Below, piece after piece: positions 1 to 12,485 of a stretch of 64,000 nt of DNA. The DNA comes from Bugula neritina (Eukaryota; Animalia; Bryozoa), in contig OZ037769.1 in assembly GCA_964035545.1 (NCBI GenBank), positions 6,801,929-6,865,928 on the forward strand, given 5' to 3'. A model generated the notes under the pieces. That model made no database searches. It was not told the origin of the DNA and saw only the letters and a program-made list of their open reading frames with translations. Position numbers and translations under genes: made by a program. Each line of letters begins with the position of its first letter. Position 1 is the first letter of the stretch.

Positions 1-116
1 TCAAACAGAGTCTCTGGAACCCGCAAAATACTCACTTAACTATCTACGCCGTACCAAGGTACCCTGAAAACCACAACCCTCTACTACCTCTGAGTTTACA
101 GCAATGACTAGACGAC

Positions 117-1421
117 ATGAGTCCAAAAGAATTTCTAACTTACGTACTCAAAGAACTTACATTAGAAGAGAGAGAATCTCTGATGGTGGATGAAAGACAA
201 AGACGTAAAACATTTCTAGTCAACTGGCCATACGATGATCAGAGGTCTGGTGTAAAGATGGCACAAGCAGGATTATATTCATTGAACTGTGCTGACAGAG
301 TCCAGTGTGTCTTCTGCAGAGGAAGTCTCCATCAGTGGAACTCTGCGGATACACCAATGGTTGAACATGCAAGATCCTTTACTTTCTGTAGATTTGTCAA
401 AGGTTTAGAATGTGGGAACAGAGAGTATAAATCAAACATGCTTTCTGAAGATGACGTTAAAAATATAACAAAATTCTATAAGCCGACAGGAAGTGAAAGA
501 CAACAAAGAACTCACAGCGAGTCAGTAGACGGAGCCGTGTTAGGAATATCTACCAACAAAGCAGCCCTCATACGTTACGCTCCGGCAGCTACCAGAATAC
601 GAACATTTGCTCGTTGGCCAGCATCAAGTCCAATCACAGCTCAGAGAATGTGTGAGGCTGGATTTTATTTCACAGGATTTGAAGATCAGGTTCGCTGCTT
701 CTTTTGTGCCGGAGGAGTTAAACATTGGAGAGAGAATGATGATCCTTGGGAAGAACATGCCAGATGGTTTCCAGACTGCGCTTTCCTGATCCAACAGAAG
801 GGTCAAGGATATGTTGAGGAGGTACACGCTAAAACTCCGAATAACATGAAAAGCGTTAGAAAAACCCAGGCACAGAAATCTGCAGAAACCAAACAGAATG
901 ACCAGAGAAAGAAAGAGCAAGATATGCAGAGTATATGCTTGAAACTTGGGTACACCAAAGAAGATATTGATAGAGTGCTTGAAATTAATGGTAAACCATT
1001 TAGTAACATCAGTATGATGATAGACGCCCTCAACGGCGATGAGGTTGAAGACGATTCCACAACTATGAGGGCTGCTCCTAGACATGTTACCAACTCTACC
1101 AAATCTACATCTTCAACATGCCCTGAAGAAGATCGTCATAAACTACTTGTAAATCAAGATGGCGCAAGCTATAACCCCGGGACATTTAATGGAAATGAAA
1201 TCCAGCCAAAATATCAGTTAGGTTGCAGAAAATGTGAAATGACCACCGAAGGATTTGTTCCTGCCACACACGTAGGACTCCCGTGTGGTCACCTTATCTA
1301 TTGTGACTCTTGTAACAGTGAGGAAAAGCGTAAAGCTAGTTTTTCTAATTATGTAGCAAAATGTCCAGCTTATAAATGCGGAGCACCACTAAAGGGATCA
1401 ATCAAAGTCTATTTTTCATAA
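117..1421 (+). CDS. IAP family protein copy 1 (BIR-BIR-UBA-RING); upstream leader frame interrupted by TGA at 105-107
   Basis: Two BIR motifs (CVFC...W...EH...C; CFFCAGG..W...DDPWEEHARWFPDC), a UBA-like segment (LKLGYTKEDIDRVLEINGKPFSNISMMIDAL), a C-terminal IAP-type RING (CxxC...PCGHxxxCxxC...CP) and an IKVYFS tail. AATAAA at 1475-1480. The same frame is open from nt 3 to the TGA at 105. Confidence 0.85.
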   Translation: MSPKEFLTYVLKELTLEERESLMVDERQRRKTFLVNWPYDDQRSGVKMAQAGLYSLNCADRVQCVFCRGSLHQWNSADTPMVEHARSFTFCRFVKGLECGNREYKSNMLSEDDVKNITKFYKPTGSERQQRTHSESVDGAVLGISTNKAALIRYAPAATRIRTFARWPASSPITAQRMCEAGFYFTGFEDQVRCFFCAGGVKHWRENDDPWEEHARWFPDCAFLIQQKGQGYVEEVHAKTPNNMKSVRKTQAQKSAETKQNDQRKKEQDMQSICLKLGYTKEDIDRVLEINGKPFSNISMMIDALNGDEVEDDSTTMRAAPRHVTNSTKSTSSTCPEEDRHKLLVNQDGASYNPGTFNGNEIQPKYQLGCRKCEMTTEGFVPATHVGLPCGHLIYCDSCNSEEKRKASFSNYVAKCPAYKCGAPLKGSIKVYFS

Positions 1422-2747
1422 ACAATCTGTGGAGCATCACATTCTAGGTCAATTAATTAGTATATTTTTTCTATAATAAAATGTTTTGTTTATGTTTTTT
1501 AATATACAGCTTATTTTATTGATGTGCAAGAACTCACTTTTTATAACCTAAAAACCCCATTCTATACTTATACTGCTATGACTGATATATTTACCAACAG
1601 TACTAGATTAGTATATAAATTTTTATATAAATTACTTATCTATATTCTTAAACTGTAATTAAATATAATTAGTAGATAATTGGTATAATATTTCAAATTA
1701 TTCAAATGCATATTTTATCTAAAATATAATTATTTTTATTTACCATATATAAACGAACAACACAAAAACTACAATCAAGACATTGTTTAGCTGTCCAAAG
1801 GAGACATGAAAGTAAATTAGTACATATTTGTCCAATATAAGAAAAGAAGGATAACTCCAAACAAGCATTACAGTAGCCAATACTTTTTAAGCCGAGTATG
1901 AAATTGAAATGCGGCACCCACAGGATGTGCATTGTTGATTATTGTTGCCTCTGTGTTGATGCAAGGTCACCAAAGTCATCAAGGTTTGATTTGTATGGTG
2001 TTGCTAAACACGGAGTGGTGACAAACTAAGACACCAAAACATGAATATGCTGTGTAACATAGAAGTATGCAAAACTAAATCATGTTTTAACAAATTTATT
2101 AACAGAAAAAAATGAATCTATATAGTAAAATTATACAGGTAATGTACAAAACTCCTCAAAACGAAGCAGCTCAAAATAAAGTAGTTTTTGAAGCTCAGTG
2201 CACATAGAGAGCTGCAAAGTAGTTAGGAAGTATACTAGTGTCCCAAACAGCTAACGGTGCAGTAGAACTTTGAAGATTGAATTATACAAGTTTGTGAGAT
2301 GTCGGTTTTGTAGGTTTTGCTGTATAATAGTTTAGTTCCGTGCACAGACTATGTTACACTGCATTCTATTTGACATATTGATCTGCATGAGTATACTTTG
2401 AACTTTTAATTATAATATGCAACATACTTTGACCAATCAACTCTCTTGAATTGCAGCATATTCCAAATTTGAAAAGTTTACAGCAAGGCTAATGCTTTTT
2501 ATTGAATGTTTCATAGGACAGATAATCCCAGAATATAGCCAATTCTTCAGCATAACTTACCTAGTTTGGGTTGAGGTTTCAGTAAAATCAGTTTCAGCCT
2601 AATTCGCTAAGCTTTAGCTTATTCAGCTGTTCCCTGGATTTATATTCTTTGTGTAGTGACTTGTACAAATACTATCAAATTAACATGCGTGAAACATAAC
2701 TCCAAAGTACATATTTTCCTGCTTTCGAGTAGGATATATATAGACAG

Positions 2748-2899
2748 GCACACACACACACACACGCACACGCACACGCACGCACACGCACTCTTATATA
2801 TAAATAAATATATATATAATATATATGTGTGTGTGTGTGCGTGTGCGTGTGCGTGTGCGTGTGCGTATGCGTGTGCGTGTGCGTGTGCGTGTGCGTGTG
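2748..2899. repeat. Compound inverted microsatellite (CA/CACG)n-(TA-rich)-(TG)n(TGCGTG)n
   Basis: Seen directly. Confidence 0.95.
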
Positions 2900-5859
2900 T
2901 ATATTCTGTGCTGAGGAGGAAAAAAGTCCTGAAACAGATGCTGCACATTGATTGAGTTATTATAATGTATATATACACTCTCCAGTGTTTGTGTAACATA
3001 TAATAATGTGCCTGTTGGTATATGATTAGTTTTATAGTACTACCTAAGGAGTATTGGTTACACCATTCACTAGTAAGTATAACCTAATAGTAATTTTCAT
3101 ACTTGTCTTCAGCATGCAGGATTAACTCTCTCAGCTTTGACCTATATATGGTATAATATATTTAATAAATATGTCAACATGATGATGTGTTTATTAGACT
3201 ATTATTATTATGTTATTGAGTTAATATAACACATATATCAGTATGTTGACAAGTTTATTCAACTTTAACTAATGAGATTAATTGGAGAATAAACATGCAC
3301 AGGGCTACTGTAGTGTATGCACTATATGCGACATTGTTACATCATGAGACAGTCAGCTACTGTGACATGATGTAACACATATGCATAGAAGGAAGTTACT
3401 CCATAATATAACATAGTATTTATATAATGTATATAATATTTCTATTTTCATTAGCTAATTAAAAGCATTGTAAGATGGTGCTAAAATATTGCTTGTTATT
3501 CTAGCTTCAAGATAAATGAAATGAATTCTATTTGCACTGACATAATGTGTGACTTTACTATACTTCTTTACTGACTGTGCAATTCATTGATTGTGTAGCC
3601 CAATGAACTCAATGATATTATTATTTCTTTTCCAGTTCAGTGGTGTAGCCCATCAGTTAACTAAGATATAAATTGATAACAAAGAACCCAGTCTAATTTC
3701 TTACCTACTCCAATAATGACTGATCTAGCTATTGACTGCAAAGGGTTAAAGTTCATAGATCACATTGGGCATTGGCTTCCATCATTAAAAGACATCGTGA
3801 TTGGCCACACGTACGGCTTTCAAGCAGTGATAAACAAACACGTGAAATGAATAATAAAGGAAAATGGAATTTCCAACGACTCATTTCAGTAACTTACATT
3901 AACTGTTGATGTTTATGAATATAGAAGTTAGAACTAATAAAAGAATCTATTTATAAGCTTATAAGTTTCAGTAGCTTCATTTTGAACCAAATTTTTAAAT
4001 GTTTTGTGTAGTTTTCCATCATGTGCAACCACAGTGCAGTGTTGGTAAAGTGCTAACACATCACACCATATAATGGTGAATGTACTGTAGGTATGACATG
4101 TTTAAAAACAACAGAGATATGAATCACAAGTATTAGCAACCATAAGAACAGTACTTGTTAAACACTTTAATTACAGTTCAAGTAAAGCAGCATTTGTTTA
4201 AGTTATTGCAAGGGTGTAGCTATCAAATTCATAACAATCATCACTGGCCATATAGTATGATTAATCTGCTTCTTAAAAACAAACTTGAATAAGCATTGTA
4301 TATGTTTTTATAATATTACGCAAATTGACCCAAAATATTTCCTATAGAAATAAAGTTTCTACAGCTTTACTGACACAGTAGTGGCATTGACACAGTAGTC
4401 TGTACCATTTATGACCAAGTATCTAAATACAACTACATGTGTGCATTACATTTTATAATAATATACATTGTCTGAGTTTACCAAGTAGCTTCTTTTCTGT
4501 CACAGTGTTACATTTTCATTAAATTCAATATTGATTACAACCATCAGATTATGTGCTGTATATAACCTGCCTGTTCCACCAAATGATATCATTTGAGCTC
4601 AGACAGCTCACGGCAGCACCTTAGAATAGATCAGGTAGTTGTGTGCTGCAGATAGTGTACAGCCTGTACAGTTCTCATGAATTAAAGTATCTTATGATCT
4701 CACAACTTCTGCTGGTTTCTCTGATCAGTTAGCATAGTCAACTGATAAATTAATATTGATTACATTATTATAGCCTAAAACATTTAAATATCTGTTTGCA
4801 TATGTTTATAGTTTCATACACATAACAGCTACGTTGATTAGACCTTACCATGGACTCAGCCTATAAAAGGGGATAACAATGAACTCAGTATGGTCTGGCA
4901 GTTGGAGAATTCTATACAATAGAGTCAGCTCCCAAGCTGTGAAACCGGATATTTTCTAACAAGATTGCAGCTTAATAGCTGTTGTAAACAAAACTTTTTA
5001 TTGTACATTTTGTGAAGGGGGAAGTTTACATTTTATGAGTATAACTTCTTTCAACAGTTCCTTATATAGAAAGCAGACTGTTCTTCCAATTTTCCTGCAT
5101 ATTAAAATTTGGTAAAATTTGTGCCTTACAAGGTAGTGTTGATTGTGATTGGCTATAAAATTTCTAGCCATGATCGGGCAAGTTGGGGAAATTCCATTAT
5201 GATTCATTCAATGCTTTAGATATAGATAGAGCTAAGTACTACTGAAGCATATCTGACATATTATCACATTCGCATAAACTATTTAGATCATTCTTTTTCA
5301 ATTATTTAATAAAATTAAAGTCACATCATTGCCAATTTTATTGTAGCTCACTATGTATAATTTATATACAAAGATGCAGCAGATTGGCAGAATGTTAATT
5401 GGTTACTTGGTGATTGTTAGAAGAATATAGATAACTACATAGATATAAACTCATATCTTCAGAATAATCTGTAGTGATTGATTAGTAGAATAATTTATCA
5501 AATTGTCAAAATATTTATTACTCATGCATGTTTTAGTTGGATTAATAAACTATGAAGTGAAGTTTTTTGCATAATTCATGCTGATCTTTAACAAGCTGGG
5601 ACATTGATAATTTTATGCAACATGATGTTTTGTACAAAATTTTTATTCTAGAACATAAGAAAACAAAAATAATTAAAAAGCTGAGATGAAAGAACTAAAG
5701 ATTGTTTATTTAATTGAGAAACTAAGCAAATTATAGTCATGAGTTTACTACAATCATGGTTATCACTCAAATTATTTATTTGGGAATTACAATCCACAAA
5801 AGATATAAGTAGATTGCTTGAGAGTTATTAAATTAAAACAATCATCATCTGGACATCAG

Positions 5860-6969
5860 ATGACAAGAGGCATTGGTGTAAAGATGGCACAAGCAGGATT
5901 CTATTCACTAAATGATTATGACAGAGTTCAGTGTGTCTTCTGCAGAGGTAGTTTACATAAATGGGATTCTTCTGAGACACCTATGGCTGAACATGCAAAG
6001 TCTTTCACATTTTGTAGATTTATGAAAGGAAATAGCGCATATAAATCAAATATGCTTTCTGAAGATGAATCAGTAGACGGAGCCGTGTTAGGAATACCTA
6101 CCAACAAAGCAGCTCTCGTACACTATGCTCCGGCAGCTACTAGAATACGAACATTCCCTCGTTGGCCAGCATCAAATCCAATCACAGCTCAGAAAATGTG
6201 TGAGGCTGGATTTTATTTCACAGGGGTTGAAGATCAGGTTCGCTGCTTCTTTTGTGCGGGAGGGATTAAACAGTGGTGTGAAAATGATGATCCTTGGGAA
6301 GAACATGCCAGATGGTTTCCAGACTGCGCTTTCCTGATCCAACAGAAAAGTCAAGGATATGTTGAGGAAGTACACGCTAAAACTCCGAATAACATGAAAA
6401 GCGTTAGAAAAACTCAAGCACAAAAATCTGCAGAAACCAAACAGAATGACCAGAGAAGTAAAGAGCAGGATATGCAAAGTATATGCTTGAAACTTGGGTA
6501 CACCAAAGAAGATATTGATAGAGTGCTTGAAATTAATGGCAAACCATTTAGTAACATCAGTATGATGATAGACGCCCTCAACAGCGATGAGGTTGAAGAC
6601 TGTTCCCCAACTATGAGGGCTGCTCCTAGACATGCTACCAACTCTGCCAAATCTACATCTTCAACATGCCCTGAGGAAGACCGTCATAAACTACTTGTAA
6701 ATCAAGATGGCGCAAGCTATAACCCCGGGACATTTAATGGAAATGAAATCCAGCCAAAATATCAGTTAGGTTGCAGAAAATGTGAAATGACCACTGAAGG
6801 ATTTGTTCCTGCTACACACGTAGGACTCCCGTGTGGTCACCTTATCTATTGTGACTCTTGTAACAGTGAGGAAAAGCGTAAAGCTAGTTTTTCTAATTGT
6901 GAAGTAAAATGTCCAGCTTATAAATGCGGAGCACCACTAAAGGGATCAATCAAGGTCTATTTTTCATAA
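5860..6969 (+). CDS. IAP copy 2, 5'-truncated mosaic (partial BIR1-BIR2-UBA-RING); possibly a pseudogene
   Basis: The ORF track starts at TTG 5818; the first in-frame ATG is 5860. Homology to the paralogs begins only at GVKMAQAG (~5874). Two in-frame deletions in the BIR1-BIR2 linker. 3' half nearly identical to copy 1. AATAAA at ~7024. Confidence 0.7.
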   Translation: MTRGIGVKMAQAGFYSLNDYDRVQCVFCRGSLHKWDSSETPMAEHAKSFTFCRFMKGNSAYKSNMLSEDESVDGAVLGIPTNKAALVHYAPAATRIRTFPRWPASNPITAQKMCEAGFYFTGVEDQVRCFFCAGGIKQWCENDDPWEEHARWFPDCAFLIQQKSQGYVEEVHAKTPNNMKSVRKTQAQKSAETKQNDQRSKEQDMQSICLKLGYTKEDIDRVLEINGKPFSNISMMIDALNSDEVEDCSPTMRAAPRHATNSAKSTSSTCPEEDRHKLLVNQDGASYNPGTFNGNEIQPKYQLGCRKCEMTTEGFVPATHVGLPCGHLIYCDSCNSEEKRKASFSNCEVKCPAYKCGAPLKGSIKVYFS

Positions 6970-8296
6970 ACAATCTGTGGAGCATCACATTCTAGGTCAA
7001 TTAATTAGTATATTTTTTCTATAATAAAATGTTTTGTTTATGTTTTTTGATATACAGCTTATTTTATTGATGTGCAAGAACTCACTTTTTATAACCTAAA
7101 AACCCCATTCTATGCTTATACTGCTATGACTGATATATTTACCAACAGTACTAGATTAGTATATAAATTTTTATATAAATTACTTATCTATATTCTTAAA
7201 CTGTAATTAAATATAATTAGTAGATAATTGGTATAATACTTCAAATTATTCAAATGCATATTTTATCTAAAATATAATTATTTTTATTTACCATATATAA
7301 ACGAACAACACAAAAACTACAATCAAGACATTGTTTAGCTGTCCAAAGGAGACATGAAAGTAAATTAGTACATATTTGTCCAATATAAGAAAAGAAGGAT
7401 AACTCCAAACAAGCATTACAGTAGCCAATACTTTTTAAGCCGAGTATGAAATTGAAATGCGGCACCCACAGGATGTGCATTGTTGATTATTGTTGCCTCT
7501 GTGTTGATGCAAGGTCACCAAAGTCATCAAGGTTTGATTTGTATGGTGTTGCTAAACACGGAGTGGTGACAAACTAAGACACTAAAACATGAATATGCTG
7601 TGTAACATAGAAGTATGCAAAACTAAATCATGTTTTAACAAATTTATTAACAGAAAAAAATGAATCTATATAGTAAAATTATACAGGTAATGTACAAAAC
7701 TCCTCAAAACGAAGCAGCTCAAAATAAAATAGTTTTTGAAGCTCAGTGCACATAGAGAGCTGCAAAGTAGTTAGGAAGTATATTAGTGCCCCAAACAGCT
7801 AGCGGTGCAGTAGAACTTTGAAGATTGAATTATACAAGTTTGTGAGATGTCGGTTTTGTAGGTTTTGCTGTATAATAGTTTAGTTCCGTGCACAGACTAT
7901 GTTACACCGCATTCTATTTGACATATTGATCTGCATGAGTATACTTTGAACTTTTAATTATAATATGCAACATACTTTGACCAATCAACTCTCTTGAATT
8001 GCAGCATATTCCAAATTTGAAAAGTTTACAGCAAGGCTAATGCTTTTTATTGAATGTTTCATAGGACAGATAATCCCAGAATATAGCCAATTCTTCAGCA
8101 TAACTTACCTAGTTTGGGTTGAGGTTTCAGTAAAATCAGTTTCAGCCTAATTCGCTAAGCTTTAGCTTATTCAGCTGTTCCCTGGATTTATATTCTTTGT
8201 GTAGTGACTTGTACAAATACTATCAAATTAACATGCGTGAAACATAACTCCAAAGTACATATTTTCCTGCTTTCGAGTAGGATATATATAGACAGG

Positions 8297-8488
8297 CACA
8301 CACACACACACACGCACACGCACGCACACGCACACGCACGCACACGCACTCTTATATATAAATAAATATATATATAATATATATGTGTGTGTGTGTGCGT
8401 GTGCGTGTGCGTGTGCGTGTGCGTGTGCGTGTGCGTGTGCGTGTGCGTGTGCGTGTGCGTGTGCGTGTGCGTGTGCGTGTGCGTGTGT
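8297..8488. repeat. Duplicate of the compound microsatellite, ~40 bp longer
   Basis: Seen directly. Confidence 0.95.
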
Positions 8489-11400
8489 ATATTCTGTGCT
8501 GAGGAGGAAAAAAGTCCTGAAACAGATGCTGCACATTGATTGAGTTATTATAATGTATATATACACTCTCCAGTGTTTGTGTAACATATAATAATGTGCC
8601 TGTTGGTATATGATTAGTTTTATAGTACTACCTAAGGAGTATTGGTTACACCATTCACTAGTAAGTATAACCTAATAGTAATTTTCATACTTGTCTTCAG
8701 CATGCAGGATTAACTCTCTCAGCTTTGACCTATATATGGTATAATATATTTAATAAATATGTCAACATGATGATGTGTTTATTAGACTATTATTATTATG
8801 TTATTGAGTTAATATAACACATATATCAGTATGTTGACAAGTTTATTCAACTTCAACTAATGAGATTAATTGGAGAATAAACATGCACAGGGCTACTGTA
8901 GTGTATGCACTATATGCGACATTGTTACATCATGAGACAGTCAGCTACTGTGACATGATGTAACACATATGCATAGAAGGAAGTTACTCCATAATATAAC
9001 ATAGTATTTATATAATGTATATAATATTTCTATTTTCATTAGCTAATTAAAAGCATTGTAAGATGGTGCTAAAATATTGCTTGTTATTCTAGCTTCAAGA
9101 TAAATGAAATGAATTCTATTTGCACTGACATAATGTGTGACTTTACTATACTTCTTTACTGACTGTGCAATTCATTGATTGTGTAGCCCAATGAACTCAA
9201 TGATATTATTATTTCTTTTCCAGTTCAGTGGTGTAGCCCATCAGTTAACTAAGATATAAATTGATAACAAAGAACCCAGTCTAATTTCTTACCTACTCCA
9301 ATAATGACTGATCTAGCTATTGACTGCAAAGGGTTAAAGTTCATAGATCACATTGGGCATTGGCTTCCATCATTAAAAGACATCGTGATTGGCCACACGT
9401 ACGGCTTTCAAGCAGTGATAAACAAACACGTGAAATGAATAATAAAGGAAAATGGAATTTCCAACGACTCATTTCAGTAACTTACATTAACTGTTGATGT
9501 TTATGAATATAGAAGTTAGAACTAATAAAAGAATCTATTTATAAGCTTATAAGTTTCAGTAGCTTCATTTTGAACTAAATTTTTAAATGTTTTGTGTAGT
9601 TTTCCATCATGTGCAACCACAGTGCAGTGTTGGTAAAGTGCTAACACATCACACCATATAATGGTGAATGTACTGTAGGTATGACATGTTTAAAAACAAC
9701 AGAGATATGAATCACAAGTATTAGCAACCATAAGAACAGTACTTGTTAAACACTTTAATTACAGTTCAAGTAAAGCAGCATTTGTTTAAGTTATTGCAAG
9801 GGTGTAGCTATCAAATTCATAACAATCATCACTGGCCATATAGTATGATTAATCTGCTTCTTAAAAACAAACTTGAATAAGCATTGTATATGTTTTTATA
9901 ATATTACGCAAATTGACCCAAAATATTTCCTATAGAAATAAAGTTTCTACAGCTTTACTGACACAGTAGTGGCATTGACACAGTAGTCTGTACCATTTAT
10001 GACCAAGTATCTAAATACAACTACATGTGTGCATTACACTTTATAATAATATACGTTGTCTGAGTTTACCAAGTAGCTTCTTTTCTGTCACAGTGTTACA
10101 TTTTCATTAAATTCAATATTGATTACAACCATCAGATTGCGTGCTGTATATAACCTGCCTTTTCTACCAAATAATACCATTTGAGTTCAGGCAGCTCACG
10201 GCAGCACCTTAGAATAGATCAGGTAGTTGTGTGCTGCAGATAGTGTACAGCCTGTACAGTTCTCATGAATTAAAGTATCTTATGATCTCACAACTTCTTC
10301 TGGTTTCTCTGATCAGTTAGCATAGTCAACTGATAAACTAATATTGATTACATTATTATAGCCTAAAACATTTAAATATCTGTTTGCATATGTTTATAGT
10401 TTCATACACATAACAGCTAGGTTGATTAGACCTTACCATGGACTCAGCCTATAAAAGGAGATAACAATGAACTCAGTACGGTATGGCAGTTAGATAATTT
10501 TATAAAATAGAGTCAGCTCTCAAGCTGTGAAACCCGGACATTTTCTAACAAGATTGCAGCTTAATAGCTGTTGTAAACAAAACTTTTTATTTTGTACATT
10601 TTGTGAAGGGAGAAGTTTACATTTCATGAGTATAACTTCTTTCAACAGTTCCTATAATATAGAAAGCAGGCTGTTCTTTGAATTTACCTGCTATTAAAAT
10701 TTGGTAACATTTTTGCCTTACAGGGCAGTGTTGATTGTGATTGGCTATAAAGTTTCTAATCATGAATGGAAAATTCTAGCACTTGCGGGAAATTCCATTA
10801 TGATTCATTCAATGCTTTATATATAAAGCAGACTGGCATTATAAATATTTATTTGTTTCTCATACTTTGAATTAGAAGGTGTCGTAGTTTGTCCAGTGAT
10901 TTGGAAGCTATGCTTTAGAGACTATTGGTAAGTTATTCATATAATATGAGTATTTCAATCATATTGTTATAACCAGCTTAATTAATGCTTATAGCTATTT
11001 TATATAGATGTCACTAGGTTTATGATGACTTTATTATAAGAATTTCAGAAAGGTTTGAATGCATATTTAAGTTTTGGAAAGTTATTTTAATTGTGAAACA
11101 CTATATATCCTTGTACCCACCGCAATATATAATGAAGTAGGATCATTATTACATTGCTTTGCTCAGTATATACTACAACATAGATATAAATTTAGATAGT
11201 TTAAGCACAAAATGTTTACTATTTTTACCACACTTTGAATATACAAAATATCATAGCTAAGTATGTACGTAAGAAATGAGTTAATAAGTAACTATTATTT
11301 AGAAATTAAAACTATAGTTTACTGTCTTCATATTAGTTATTTTGAAAAGCATGAGCTTATAAAAACACATTATACCATTCATCAAATTTTAGACTGGCTA

Positions 11401-12485
11401 TATATTAATATTTCGTTGATATACTAAATTGCTATTATATGCTATTATACAGCCATTTGATAGATAGACCTAAGTACTACTGAAGCATATCTGACATATC
11501 ACATTTGCATAAGTGATTTAGTTCATTCTTTTTTAATTTTTTAAGAAAATTAAAGTCACATCATTGCCAATTTTATTGTAGCTCACTATATGTATAATTT
11601 ATATACAAAGATGCAGCTCATTGGGCTTAGCAGCATGTTAATTGGTTACTTGGTGATTGTTAGAAGAATACAATATGATTACATAGATAACACATATCTT
11701 TAGAATAATCTGTAGTGATTGATTAGTAGAATAATTTACCAAATTGTCAAAATATTTATCACTCGCATGCACGTTTCAGTTAGATTAATAAACTATGGAG
11801 TGAAGTTTTTTGCATAATCCATGCTGATCTTTAGCAAGCTGGGATATTGATAATTTTATGCAACATAATGTTTTGTACAAAATTTATTCTGTGATATAGG
11901 AAAACGCAAATAATTAAAAAGCTCCGATGAAAAAACAATTTGGTTGTTTATTAAGTTGGGGAACCAAGCAAATCATAGTCATTAGTTTATTACAATCATA
12001 GTCATCATTCATATTATTCATTTAGAATTTATAAGCCATCAGAGATAAGTTGATTGCATGAGTGAGAATTATTAGATTAAAACAATCATCCAGATGCAAT
12101 GTTTTCAAGTGACAAAACACAGGCATGAATAATATGAAGCCAAATATTATAATTATATGTGGGCAGAACAAGTAAAATGATGCATAATAATGTAAACAAT
12201 GAGTGGACTAAGTTGAAGAATTGCACTCTCATTGTGACTGTGGACATGTTTAGATAAGACAATAATTAAGTATGTTTAAGAATGTAGATTATTGTTACAA
12301 ATTCTGAGTGTACATGTACCTATGGACTTCACGTTTTTTCCCAATGATTTCAAAAGAATGTTCATGAATATTCTAAACTGATAAAAGAGATGGTCATTGT
12401 TCATCATGTTATTGTATTTATTGATCATGTTAACTGCTGCCCAGCAATGTAAACAAGGTGCTGCGAAATAACTGCCAAATAACCA

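Larger units (their letters stand above)
461..12090 (+). repeat. Tandem segmental duplication (~5.55 kb period) containing IAP copies 1 and 2 and their 3' flanks
   Basis: Position 1421 aligns to 6969 and 3865 to 9453; near-identical over ~3 kb. Unit 2 has ~640 extra bp at ~10826-11460. Confidence 0.95.

Noticed and set aside
105-107. Selenocysteine codon in IAP copy 1
   Set aside because: The position aligns to Arg/Leu rather than Cys in paralogs, and I recognised no SECIS element.
607-1102. Repeated antisense and alternate-frame ORFs overlapping IAP copies (also 6125-6650, 14360-14885, 22612-23071, 41031-42131)
   Set aside because: Shadow ORFs that recur only because the IAP DNA is duplicated.
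2640-2999. ORFs rich in HA/CV/TR dipeptides (also 8228-8587)
   Set aside because: Translations of microsatellites.
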